NCBI GenBank assembly: GCA_009693165.1
Contig: SHXX01000004.1
Span: forward strand, 1,829-65,828
Origin: Chloroflexota bacterium
GTDB taxonomy: Bacteria > Chloroflexota > UBA11872 > UBA12225
Direction: 5' to 3'
Length of the DNA: 64,000 nucleotides
Both the position numbers and the translations under genes were made by a program. Below, one piece after another: positions 9,788 to 18,814 of the stretch. The first letter of the stretch is position 1. The number at the start of each line of letters is the position of its first letter. The notes below the pieces were generated by a model. The model was not told where the DNA came from. It ran no database searches and saw only the letters and a list, made by a program, of their open reading frames with translations.

Positions 9788-10837
9788 CTACGAAAACTGT
9801 CGAAGGAACCTGAGGTCATTGTCATAGAAGAGCCGGATGTCATCGATGCCGTATCTGAGCATCGCGAACCGCTCAAGGCCACATCCGAATGCCCACCCGG
9901 AATACACACTTGGATCGATCCCTACATTCGCAAGGACCTTGGGATGCACCATGCCTGCGCCCCCGAGTTCAATCCATCCAGTGCGCTTGCATACCCGACA
10001 TCCGCGGCCATTGCAGACGTGACATGTCATGTCCACTTCGGCGCCTGGTTCGACGAAAGGAAAGTATCCGCATCGAAACCGGATTTCGCGGTCAGGGCCA
10101 AACAGGACGCGTGTAACCGCCGTCAAGGTGCCTCGCAAGTCGGCCATGGTCACATTCCGGTCAACACAGAGGCCTTCCACTTGGGTGAACATGGCCTCAT
10201 GTGATGCGTCGGTCGCTTCATTCCGGTAGGTTCGACCAGGCGCAATGATCCGGATCGGAGGCTTGTGCGCGAGCATCGTGCGGATCTGCACCGGTGAGGT
10301 CTGCGTGCGAAGGAGCATTTCGCCACCGGTTCCCGATCCACCGTCGATATAGAAGCTATCCTGGATGTCTCGTGCCGGATGGTCGGGGGGAATGTTGAGC
10401 ATCGTGAAGTTGTACTGGTCCCATTCAACTTCTGGACCCTCTACGGATGTGAAACCGAGACGTGCAAATGCGCCCTCGATTTCACGTCGGATCTTGGTCA
10501 CGGGATGCAGCGATCCTCGCGGACGCGGGCTTGCGGGCAGCGTCACATCAAGCCGTTCGGCACCAAGTTCGAGGCGCCGCACCTCCTTCTGGATGGTCTC
10601 CAATCGGACTGCGAACGATGCCTCGAGTGATGCCTTGACCCGATTGGCCACCTGACCAGCCTTCGGGCGCTGGTCGGCGGTGAGGGTTCCGAGCCCTTTC
10701 AAGGTTTCTGCGAGTGATCCCCTTCTCCCAAGTACTAGAAGGCGCCACCGTTCGAGACTGTCGACATCCGAGGCACCGTCGAGGCTCCCGAGGGCGGTTT
10801 CTTCCAATGTCTCGAGTGCCCTGATGAGATCGCTCAT
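9788..10837 (-). CDS. pheS: Phenylalanine--tRNA ligase alpha subunit
   Basis: HPARDIQDSFY, LRTQTSPVQ, YFPFVEPG, GMVHPKVL, GWAFGCGLER; CxxC-x4-CxxC insert. Confidence 0.97.
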   Translation of the reverse strand: MSDLIRALETLEETALGSLDGASDVDSLERWRLLVLGRRGSLAETLKGLGTLTADQRPKAGQVANRVKASLEASFAVRLETIQKEVRRLELGAERLDVTLPASPRPRGSLHPVTKIRREIEGAFARLGFTSVEGPEVEWDQYNFTMLNIPPDHPARDIQDSFYIDGGSGTGGEMLLRTQTSPVQIRTMLAHKPPIRIIAPGRTYRNEATDASHEAMFTQVEGLCVDRNVTMADLRGTLTAVTRVLFGPDREIRFRCGYFPFVEPGAEVDMTCHVCNGRGCRVCKRTGWIELGGAGMVHPKVLANVGIDPSVYSGWAFGCGLERFAMLRYGIDDIRLFYDNDLRFLRQFS

Positions 10838-11724
10838 GCTCGTATTCCTTGGATTGCCCGCCTATCCGAAGCACCCGCGTTCCGGTCCAATGCCCCCGGT
10901 TTGTGGCTTGAGGTTGTCCTTTGGCGCAAAGCCTCATAAAGGACCAAACTGCCGGCAACCGCGGCGTTCAACGATTCTCCGGCCAGAAGCGGAATTCTGA
11001 CAGCGTCAGTCGCGGTTCGGCGAGCGTCGTTTGATGGTCCTCGTGCTTCGTTCGAGACGATGATTGCAACCGGCCCGTCAAGGTCGGCGTCCCACAATGT
11101 GCCCGGGGCGTAAGCATCTGTCAGGCAGATGCGTGCTCCAACAGGGAGCAGCGCCGGAACCTCTTTCCACGCCACGTGGCTGCGGATTGGAACGAGGAAA
11201 TGCGCCCCTGCACCTGCACGCACCACCTTGGGGCCCCACAAGTCCGCGGTGTCACCGGTTGCAATGACCCCCGCACCAACGCCCGCGGCCACTCGTATGA
11301 GCGTTCCCGCGTTACCTGGATCGGAAATGCCATCGAGTATGACCGTGATCGGCAACTCGGTGCCTTCGCCGCCAAGGAGTGTTCCGGGTTCGGGCAGGGG
11401 CATGACCGCGACAATCCCTTGAGGGTGGACCGTGTCGGTCAGGTAACTGACGATCGGTTCGGCGACCAATCGCACTGGCACACCCGCGGTTGACAAGCGA
11501 CGCAGGAGCGCGCGAGGGGCGGCCGAATTCCTGCCGAAGCCTTCGGTGTGGAAGATGGCCAATGGCGTGACTAATGCGCAAGCGCCCTCGACATGGCGCC
11601 ATCCTTCCACCAGGAAGGCTGCATTTTTCTTGCGTCCGGTTGCCTCGAGGAGCGAGTGTGCAAGCCGGACGTGAGGGTTCTCGCGACTGGCGATCGGCAG
11701 GTCGCGATCACGGACGGACGGCAT
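10834..11724 (-). CDS. TrmH/SpoU family RNA methyltransferase
   Basis: DPGNAGTLIR, NEARG and ESLNAAVAG SPOUT motifs; usual position between rplT and pheS. Confidence 0.9.
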   Translation of the reverse strand: MPSVRDRDLPIASRENPHVRLAHSLLEATGRKKNAAFLVEGWRHVEGACALVTPLAIFHTEGFGRNSAAPRALLRRLSTAGVPVRLVAEPIVSYLTDTVHPQGIVAVMPLPEPGTLLGGEGTELPITVILDGISDPGNAGTLIRVAAGVGAGVIATGDTADLWGPKVVRAGAGAHFLVPIRSHVAWKEVPALLPVGARICLTDAYAPGTLWDADLDGPVAIIVSNEARGPSNDARRTATDAVRIPLLAGESLNAAVAGSLVLYEALRQRTTSSHKPGALDRNAGASDRRAIQGIRA

Positions 11725-11829
11725 GTGGCGTCTCTTTTCTGCTAAAAACGGTTCAATGAGACCGCCTCAAACGACAGAAACGGAGCCTTACGGCTCCGCT
11801 TCGTCACGATCCGATGCTATCGGCCAGTC

Positions 11830-12183
11830 TCAGGCCGCGGCGCGGGCGAGGTGGACAATCTGGGTGAACGCTGCTGCATCCCGCACGGCGAGATCTGCAA
11901 GCATCTTCCGGTCAATAGCGATCTCGGCCACTGTCAGATGATGGATTAACTGGCTATAGGACAGACCATTCAACCGTGCCGCCGCATTGATCCGCATGAT
12001 CCAGAGCCGACGCATGTCACGCTTGCGGTGACGTCGGTCACGGTAGGCATACGCCAACGCATGCATGACTGCTTCATGTGCTGCCTTGTATAACTTGCTC
12101 CGACCAAGGAAATACCCCTTGGCAAGCTTCAGTATCTTCTTATGCCGACGTCGCCTAGTGACGCCCCGCTTGATCCGTGCCAT
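11830..12183 (-). CDS. rplT: 50S ribosomal protein L20
   Basis: [44 protein letters not shown]. Confidence 0.98.
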   Translation of the reverse strand: MARIKRGVTRRRRHKKILKLAKGYFLGRSKLYKAAHEAVMHALAYAYRDRRHRKRDMRRLWIMRINAAARLNGLSYSQLIHHLTVAEIAIDRKMLADLAVRDAAAFTQIVHLARAAA

Positions 12184-12261
12184 CGCGCGTTTCCTACCTG
12201 GTGCAGGTCATGATGACGAGGCTACGCATGCTGCTGCCATCGCCAATCACCCTGATTTGCC

Positions 12262-12465
12262 TTAACGGAGACCGTATGGAAGCATGATCTTCACGGCCTT
12301 GGCCACAGAAGCAGGCACATCGAAGAAGTCGGCATACGAACGCTTCGTACGCGAACTCTTTGCGAGACGCTTCTTGTTGCCCCAACCCTTGGGACGCATG
12401 ACCTTGCCGGTACCGGTGATCTTGAACCGTTTCGCCGCGCTCTTGCGCGTCTTTAACTTGGGCAC
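12262..12465 (-). CDS. rpmI: 50S ribosomal protein L35
   Basis: GTG start after GGAG; PKLKTRKSAAKRFKITGTGKV...MLPY; directly upstream of rplT. Confidence 0.95.
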   Translation of the reverse strand: MPKLKTRKSAAKRFKITGTGKVMRPKGWGNKKRLAKSSRTKRSYADFFDVPASVAKAVKIMLPYGLR

Positions 12466-12495
12466 AGTTTGCTCCACGCTCTCCCGAGACAGTCA

Positions 12496-12504
12496 AGTGT
12501 AGCA
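12496..12504 (-). promoter_or_regulatory. Putative extended -10 promoter (TGcTACACT) for rpmI-rplT-trmH-pheST
   Basis: TGnTACACT about 30 nt upstream of the rpmI start; no good -35 element. Confidence 0.35.
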
Positions 12505-12645
12505 ACGATGCTCCTGGTTGGGCGAACTCGTGTTGGTGTGATGGCCGAATGCGGCATTGCGGACGGCGATTGCGGTGGTCCGCGGGGCGTCGTACGCTGA
12601 CGGTGAGGCCGGTATCAGGGCTAGAGAACTGGTTGGAGGTTAGGC

Positions 12646-13572
12646 ATGGCGTCACTGCTTGGCGGTTCGGTAGTCGTGGTCGGCTCGTGCAACATGGACA
12701 TGGTCACCAGGGCGCCACGTTTCCCATCTGCGGGCGAACACCTGATTGCCAGCAGCTTTGGCGCCTACCTCGGTGGAAAGGGCGCTAACCAGGCTGTTGC
12801 GGCGGCTCGTGCCGGAGCCGACGTCGCGATGATCGGACGAGTCGGATCCGATGCCTTTGGAACGCAGATGGTCTCGGCCTTGGCGGAAGCGGGTATCGCG
12901 GTCGATGCGGTTGCCATTGACGAAGAGGCTCCGACCGGAAATGCATCCATCTGGCTCGACGCATCCGGCGAGAACCGGATCCTGATCTTTCCCGGCGCAA
13001 ACGGGCGTCTCTCGCCGTCGGATATCCGGATGCAACGCAGCAGGATCGGGGCTGCATCAGTGCTCCTCGCCCAACTGGAGGTTCCGATTGACACGATTGC
13101 CGAAGCCTGTAGGGCTGCAAGGGGTGCGGGGGTACGCGTGGTCCTGAACGCGGCGCCTGCTTCTCCATTGCCTGCGGACCTCTGGTCACTGATTGACGTG
13201 CTTGTCGTCAACCAGACTGAAGCGGTGACACTCGGAGGCGACATCGATGCCGTCCGGTCGTCGCGAGTGCTGATCTCCAAGGGGGTAGGCACGGTTGTCG
13301 TGACCCTAGGCGGGGCAGGATGCATCGTGATGTCGGATGTCAATTCCGGCCTCGTAACAATCCGGTCATTCCCAGTCGTTTCGGTGGTGGATACCACGGG
13401 CGCGGGCGATGCGTTTTGCGGTGCGCTCGCGGCAAGCCTTGCGTCGGGCACCAGCGTCGCCGAGGCTGCACGGGTCGGTAACGCGGCAGGATCTCTCGCG
13501 GTAGAGGTGCTCGGCGCACTCCCGTCCATGCCTACAAGCGGTCAGATCCAGGCGCGTCTCGAAGGCCGCTGA
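12646..13572 (+). CDS. rbsK: Ribokinase (PfkB family)
   Basis: GSCNMD, GGKGANQAVAAAR, VVDTTGAGDAF, GGAGG RBS. Confidence 0.88.
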   Translation: MASLLGGSVVVVGSCNMDMVTRAPRFPSAGEHLIASSFGAYLGGKGANQAVAAARAGADVAMIGRVGSDAFGTQMVSALAEAGIAVDAVAIDEEAPTGNASIWLDASGENRILIFPGANGRLSPSDIRMQRSRIGAASVLLAQLEVPIDTIAEACRAARGAGVRVVLNAAPASPLPADLWSLIDVLVVNQTEAVTLGGDIDAVRSSRVLISKGVGTVVVTLGGAGCIVMSDVNSGLVTIRSFPVVSVVDTTGAGDAFCGALAASLASGTSVAEAARVGNAAGSLAVEVLGALPSMPTSGQIQARLEGR

Positions 13573-13656
13573 ACCCGTTTGAGTGGTCAAACGTGCCAAC
13601 TTCCTCGGGGCTTTGAAGCCGAAAAAACTTGCCAACGGTCTTGGCGGTTGAGACGG

Positions 13657-16233
13657 TCATTCTGGCCCGGGCAATACCCATCCGTTCGTGCCGTCCACCG
13701 TGACAATCTGGCCCTCGTGGAGTCGAGCGGTCGCGTGCCGTGTCTGGATCACGCCGGGCACCCGGAACTCCCTGCAGATGAGCATGGCATGTTGGAACAG
13801 GGCTCCTTCATCCAGGATGACCGCGGTTGCCAACGGAAAGATCGGTGCCCAGAGAGCCCCGGCATTCCGGGCTACGAGGACGTCTCCTGGTTCGACCATC
13901 GGAACCGTTGCCTTGGGCGGGACCAGACGCACCCTTCCCGTCGCCGTACCGCGGGAACCGGGCTGGCCCACCATGAGCACGTTGGCGGGGGCGGGCAGGC
14001 TACTGACCTGACCGGATCCGGTCGGTGTTGCAGTCGTTGTCGGTTCTGGAGGCACCCCGAGCCATTCAGGCACATCAAGGCGTGAAGCCCAGTCGTGAAT
14101 GGCCTTTCTGCCAGCGACCAGTTCAGTTGCCGTAATTTGATTCGATCCGGAGTGGCAAAGGAAGGCCTCGATTTCGTGCCGATGCAACCAGACGACGTCG
14201 TCCAGGGACGCAATCACACCCATCGAGGCGAGCCTGGCACCGCATGCAGATCGGCACCGCCATAGAAGCGCACTTGCAGCCGCATCCACGTGGTAGTTGT
14301 GGTTCTCGTAGGCCTGCACCTCGCGCCGGGCAGCATCTACAAGCAAGTCGAACCGGGATGCAGATTCGGCGTCTGGAATGCATGCACGCACCGATGCGGT
14401 CAGCGTGTCCCGAGCTTCGACGGCTTGGTTTTTTCGCAGTGGGATCGACTGGAGATCCTGGGGAACGTACCTGCGTATGAGTTCGAACACCAGTTCTGGA
14501 CGGTCACGCCAACCCGGCTGACAGTAATCCCCGACGGTGAAGGCACCGGCATCCGCCCTGAGACTGTGAGTAGTCAGGAGCTCCTCAAGTCGGGATTTGA
14601 AGCGGTCGACGATGTGGCGGGTCTCCGGAGTCGTGTTCCTACCCGGATCATCCGGTGTAGACAGGACCAGCTCGGCAAGGCCGGGGCGTTCTTGGAGCAT
14701 CGCCGCGAGTTCGGTGATCGCGTCAATCGCCTGGGTGGTCTTGGTGGGCACATGCGAAAGCATGACTTCTATATGCTCTGACTGGTCGGAGGTCGCGTGG
14801 GCGATGAGATGCCGGGACAGTTGCTCCCGGAAGGTATTCTGCTGAAACCTGACAGATCGGAGCACGAAGGAATGGAGTGTCCAAAGCCGTTCATGCCATG
14901 TGAACACCGATTTCAGGTACTCGGACAACTCCTCGTTTGAGAGGGACTGGGTCTTTATTGCCTCGATGCGACAGTTTCCGGAGTCAATCTCAGGGAAAAG
15001 CACTGCGTCCCAATACGTCCGACCCGTTGCCTGTATCGCTTCCAGTGCCCGGTCAAACGTTGTCCGGTGACCGTCGCGGACCGATTCCGGCACATCTGAC
15101 TCCGTGGCCGTCGAAAAGCGGTAGCCGTTGAGATGGATCATTCGACGCGGTGGCGGACTTCCGAGGATGCTCGCCGAATTGCGGGCGGACCGCAGGAACG
15201 ATTCGCGTTCGCTGGCCTCCATCGGCCGCAGGGGCGGGTCACCTGCCCGTCCCTCTCTTCGCCAATGCAAGGTGGACGCATCTTCGTCGGGCCATGCAAA
15301 CGGAAACGTTGAAGTTGAGCGCCGAGGTGGTTCATTCTTGGACACACCCGTCTTGACGGGCGAGTCGTCGGGAACTGGTGCTTGTGACGGAAGGGCGGTA
15401 ATCGGCCTGGCCTGAAGCAACCAGCACACGCCGTCGCCGATTGCCCACTCAACATCAGCAAACTGGCCGATTGCCGATTCGGCTTGTACCGCGAGTCGGG
15501 AGATGTTCACGATCTCGGAAGGGGTTATGGTGTACCCGGTCGGCGTGGTCTGTCCCGGTTCGTGGCGCACAATGTGAAACGTTGCGCGATCAACCCACCA
15601 TCGGTCGCAGACTGAAGTGCCATCGACGACCGCAGTCCCGAGTCCCGGTGCGCTGTTCAGTACAACGGCCGACGTATCTCCGGAAATCGGGTCGGCAGTG
15701 AATGCGACACCTGCGACGTCCGATGCCACCATGATCTGCACGAGGACCGCCATGCGAGGTTCGTCGTTGTCCGACGGGTCTCGTGGTGTCACGCGATTAC
15801 GGTATGAACTGATGCCTTCGTTCGACAAAGACCGAATGCAATCCTCGACCTTGTCGAGAACGTCGGCGATCCCGCGCACATTCAAGAACGTCGAGTATTG
15901 GCCTGCAAAGGAGGCCACGGTCCCGTCCTCAAGCGAGCCAGATGACCGAACGGCTACCACCACGTCGCGCTGTCCCGCGCGCCGGCCGAGTTCACCGTAG
16001 GCGGTCTCGATTGAGTGTCGCGCTTGCGGTGAGAGCCGCGAATGCCGCCCCTCTCCGCCCGATGCGAACATGCCTGGAAGGACAACGAAGCCTGGGGGAA
16101 CGGGCAACCCGTTCGCCACGAGGCGGGCCAGCCAATGCACTTTCCCGCCTACCTCGCGTGTCGGAAGGGTGAGGACAGACGGATCTTCGAGGAAGAGGAC
16201 GGGTGGGGTAGTCTGGTTGCGTGCGTCGATGAT
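13657..16233 (-). CDS. PEP-utilizing phosphotransferase with rifampin-phosphotransferase-like architecture (ATP-grasp, central substrate domain, C-terminal His swivel); probable ATC start
   Basis: VGGK..L..L...GLPVPPGF, VAVRSS..EDG..ASFAGQY, DVEWA..LLQARPIT, QHAMLICREF..VTVDG. The conserved VGGK lies upstream of the ORF-track GTG at 16140. The frame stays open to tandem ATC codons (16233/16230) behind GGGAGG. Confidence 0.82.
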   Translation of the reverse strand: MIDARNQTTPPVLFLEDPSVLTLPTREVGGKVHWLARLVANGLPVPPGFVVLPGMFASGGEGRHSRLSPQARHSIETAYGELGRRAGQRDVVVAVRSSGSLEDGTVASFAGQYSTFLNVRGIADVLDKVEDCIRSLSNEGISSYRNRVTPRDPSDNDEPRMAVLVQIMVASDVAGVAFTADPISGDTSAVVLNSAPGLGTAVVDGTSVCDRWWVDRATFHIVRHEPGQTTPTGYTITPSEIVNISRLAVQAESAIGQFADVEWAIGDGVCWLLQARPITALPSQAPVPDDSPVKTGVSKNEPPRRSTSTFPFAWPDEDASTLHWRREGRAGDPPLRPMEASERESFLRSARNSASILGSPPPRRMIHLNGYRFSTATESDVPESVRDGHRTTFDRALEAIQATGRTYWDAVLFPEIDSGNCRIEAIKTQSLSNEELSEYLKSVFTWHERLWTLHSFVLRSVRFQQNTFREQLSRHLIAHATSDQSEHIEVMLSHVPTKTTQAIDAITELAAMLQERPGLAELVLSTPDDPGRNTTPETRHIVDRFKSRLEELLTTHSLRADAGAFTVGDYCQPGWRDRPELVFELIRRYVPQDLQSIPLRKNQAVEARDTLTASVRACIPDAESASRFDLLVDAARREVQAYENHNYHVDAAASALLWRCRSACGARLASMGVIASLDDVVWLHRHEIEAFLCHSGSNQITATELVAGRKAIHDWASRLDVPEWLGVPPEPTTTATPTGSGQVSSLPAPANVLMVGQPGSRGTATGRVRLVPPKATVPMVEPGDVLVARNAGALWAPIFPLATAVILDEGALFQHAMLICREFRVPGVIQTRHATARLHEGQIVTVDGTNGWVLPGPE

Positions 16234-16465
16234 CGCGACCTCCCGGAAAGCTTGTGTGAGTCTGACCGGAAGGTAACCAAATCATTAACGACTGGCCAAC
16301 CGAATGTAGGCGACGGCCGATTGGCCATCGACGCAAGCCACATTGATGACCTACCTGCGGACTGGGTAGCAGGTTCATCTAGGTCCCATCGTGGTTGGAG
16401 ACCCGCAATCTGGCACCAAAGTTCGACGCCAGATACCGCAGTGTCAACCGAACCAGTGGCAAAGT

Positions 16466-16500
16466 CCGAGGTGCCTCAGTTGGTCAACGAGGCACCTCGG
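16466..16500 (-). terminator. Stem-loop downstream of thrS (probable terminator)
   Basis: CCGAGGTGCCTC / GAGGCACCTCGG perfect 12-bp stem, 22 nt after the thrS stop; only a weak U tract. Confidence 0.6.
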
Positions 16501-16522
16501 TTCGCCTGAGAAAAGCGGTGGA

Positions 16523-18349
16523 TCAGGCCTTGGCGTCGACCTCGTCAACGATGCGGGTGACAACGTCTGCCAGGGCAATGGCACCAAGGTTGTCGCCACT
16601 CCTCAGGCGAACCGATGCCGTGCCGGCCTCTGCTTCCCGATCACCAACAACGAGCATGTACGGGATCTTTCGCAACTGCGCATCCCGGATCTTTGCGTTC
16701 ACCCGCTCCGAACGCACGTCACTTGATGCCCGGACACCTCGGTCCGTAAGGGCCCGTTCGACGCTCTCCGCATAGTCGTTGTGACGGTCTGCGACTGGCA
16801 ACACGATTGCCTGTGTGGGCGCTAGCCACGTCGGGAATGCTCCGCCGTAGTTCTCAATCAGAACGCCAATGAAGCGTTCGAGCGAACCCAGGAGCGCGCG
16901 GTGGACCATGAATGGACGGTGATGCGCCCCATCCTCACCAATGTAGGAAAGGTCGAAGCGTTCGGGCAAGTTGAAGTCAACCTGGATGGTGGTGCACTGC
17001 CACCTCCGTCCAAGTGCGTCAACAAGCTTCAGGTCAATCTTGGGGCCATAGAAGACGGCCTCACCCTCCGCTCGAACGTATTGCAGATGATGTGCCTTGA
17101 GGGCGCGTTCGAGAACGGCTTCAGCCTGGATCCAACGCTCGTCATCGCCGAGGTACTTGCTAGTGTTTGCGGGGTCACGGACGGCGAGTTCAATATGATA
17201 ATCATGGAATCCAAAGGTCTTCCAGAGTTTCAAGCCCAGGTCCAGCACACCATTCACCTCGGCATCCAATTGGTCCGGACGGCAGAAGATATGGGAGTCG
17301 TCCTGAGTAAACCCTCGCGTCCGGAGGAGCCCGTGCAGGGTTCCCGCAGGTTCGTACCGGTAGACGGTCCCGAGCTCGTTGTACCTGATAGGCAGTTCAC
17401 GATACGACCGTGTGCGCCGATTGAATACTTGCAGATGGAATGGGCAATTCATTGGTTTGAGCATGAATTGCTGTTCATCCATCACGATCGGCGCGTACAT
17501 GTTCTCGCGATAAAATGACAGATGTCCCGAGGTATTCCACAAGTCGGTCAGTCCGATAGCCGGCGAGTACACGTACTGGTACCCCGCGGTGCGATGTTCC
17601 ACTTTCCAGAAATCCTCGACAACGGACCGAAGCAGGGCACCATCCTCACCCCAGATGGGGAGACCGGCACCGATTTGATCGCTGAACTGGAAAAGGCCGA
17701 GGTCTATCCCCAAACGTCGGTGGTCCCGCTTCCGGGCCTCTTCCTGGCGCCAGAGGTATGCGTCCAGGTCCGCCTGTGTCGGCCACGCGGTGCCATATAT
17801 GCGCTGCAGTTGGGGTCGGTGTTCATCGCCGCGCCAATATGCGCCAGCAACACGCAGCAACTTGATCACACCGATATCACCGGTCCTGGCGACGTGTGGA
17901 CCCGCGCAGAGATCCTCGAATCCCCCCTGTCGGAACAAGCTGACTTCGGAGCCAGCTAATGCAGCCGCATCCGAACTTTCAGCCAGCGTGTCACGGGCGC
18001 CCAAAACGACGTCTGACGTGAGCGCTTCGATGAGTTCCACCTTGAAGGACTGGCTTTGGTCCCGAAAGTGGCTCAGTGCCGCTTCTCGTCCGAGTGTCCG
18101 GCGACCAAACGGCTCGTTCCGGGCAATGATCTCCACCATGCGCGCCTCGATGGCGATGAGGTCATCAGGGGTAAGCGTCCGGGGTAGATCGAAGTCGTAG
18201 TAGAAGCCGTCCTCGATCGCCGGACCGATGCCCAGGCGTGCTCCGGGAAAGAGTTCTAGAACTGCTTCGGCCATCACGTGCGCTGCTGAGTGACGTCGGG
18301 TCGAAATCTCGACGGCAGTCTGATCATGGGTATGTGGCGTCGTTGCCAT
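16523..18349 (-). CDS. thrS: Threonine--tRNA ligase
   Basis: RHSAAHVMA, DLCAGPH, GAYWRGD, LKPMNCPFH, RGFTQDD, FYGPKID, QVDFNLPERF; ATG 18349 after GGAG. Confidence 0.97.
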   Translation of the reverse strand: MATTPHTHDQTAVEISTRRHSAAHVMAEAVLELFPGARLGIGPAIEDGFYYDFDLPRTLTPDDLIAIEARMVEIIARNEPFGRRTLGREAALSHFRDQSQSFKVELIEALTSDVVLGARDTLAESSDAAALAGSEVSLFRQGGFEDLCAGPHVARTGDIGVIKLLRVAGAYWRGDEHRPQLQRIYGTAWPTQADLDAYLWRQEEARKRDHRRLGIDLGLFQFSDQIGAGLPIWGEDGALLRSVVEDFWKVEHRTAGYQYVYSPAIGLTDLWNTSGHLSFYRENMYAPIVMDEQQFMLKPMNCPFHLQVFNRRTRSYRELPIRYNELGTVYRYEPAGTLHGLLRTRGFTQDDSHIFCRPDQLDAEVNGVLDLGLKLWKTFGFHDYHIELAVRDPANTSKYLGDDERWIQAEAVLERALKAHHLQYVRAEGEAVFYGPKIDLKLVDALGRRWQCTTIQVDFNLPERFDLSYIGEDGAHHRPFMVHRALLGSLERFIGVLIENYGGAFPTWLAPTQAIVLPVADRHNDYAESVERALTDRGVRASSDVRSERVNAKIRDAQLRKIPYMLVVGDREAEAGTASVRLRSGDNLGAIALADVVTRIVDEVDAKA

Positions 18350-18409
18350 TGCTTGCTCCAACCACACCGGTCTTGGCGTGGAACCTTCAACTGGATGCCG
18401 GAGCACTGA

Positions 18410-18770
18410 AGCAAACGTCGCTTCGGGAGGCCGGCAGGGTCACTGCCCCAGGACGCGCACGACCTTGATCGGTTCCCCGCGTTTCGCAGGTAACGAGAGC
18501 ATCGGCGAACGCGTGGTTCCACCCGGGTTTGGTGGCACCGGCCTTGTTCCGACGGCCCGGAGCCAATCTGGCCAAGACGACGCAATGGCGTTGCCACCCT
18601 CGTTCGCCAAGTAACCGTGGCGTCGCGGTTCGCGCTTTAGCGGGCGGATTGACCTGCCCGGTTCTTGCGAAGGCTCAGGGGTGGTATCCACGCTTCGGGG
18701 TCGGGCACTTGCACCATGGTGGCCCGTCTCTGCGATCGCCGAGAACGCGTGAATGTGTTCCCATCAAGGC
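18410..18770 (-). ncRNA. T-box riboswitch, Thr specifier (ACC)
   Basis: Stem I with UGA..GGG / CCCUGAG kink-turn, CAGAGA and GGUGCAAG loops; specifier ACC at 18685-18683; GGGUGGAACCACGC T-box at 18511-18527 pairs with GCGUCCUGG. Confidence 0.88.
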
Positions 18771-18814
18771 ATCCGTATAAGGTTATCTGGAGATGGTACC
18801 AGTGGTGGCATGCT

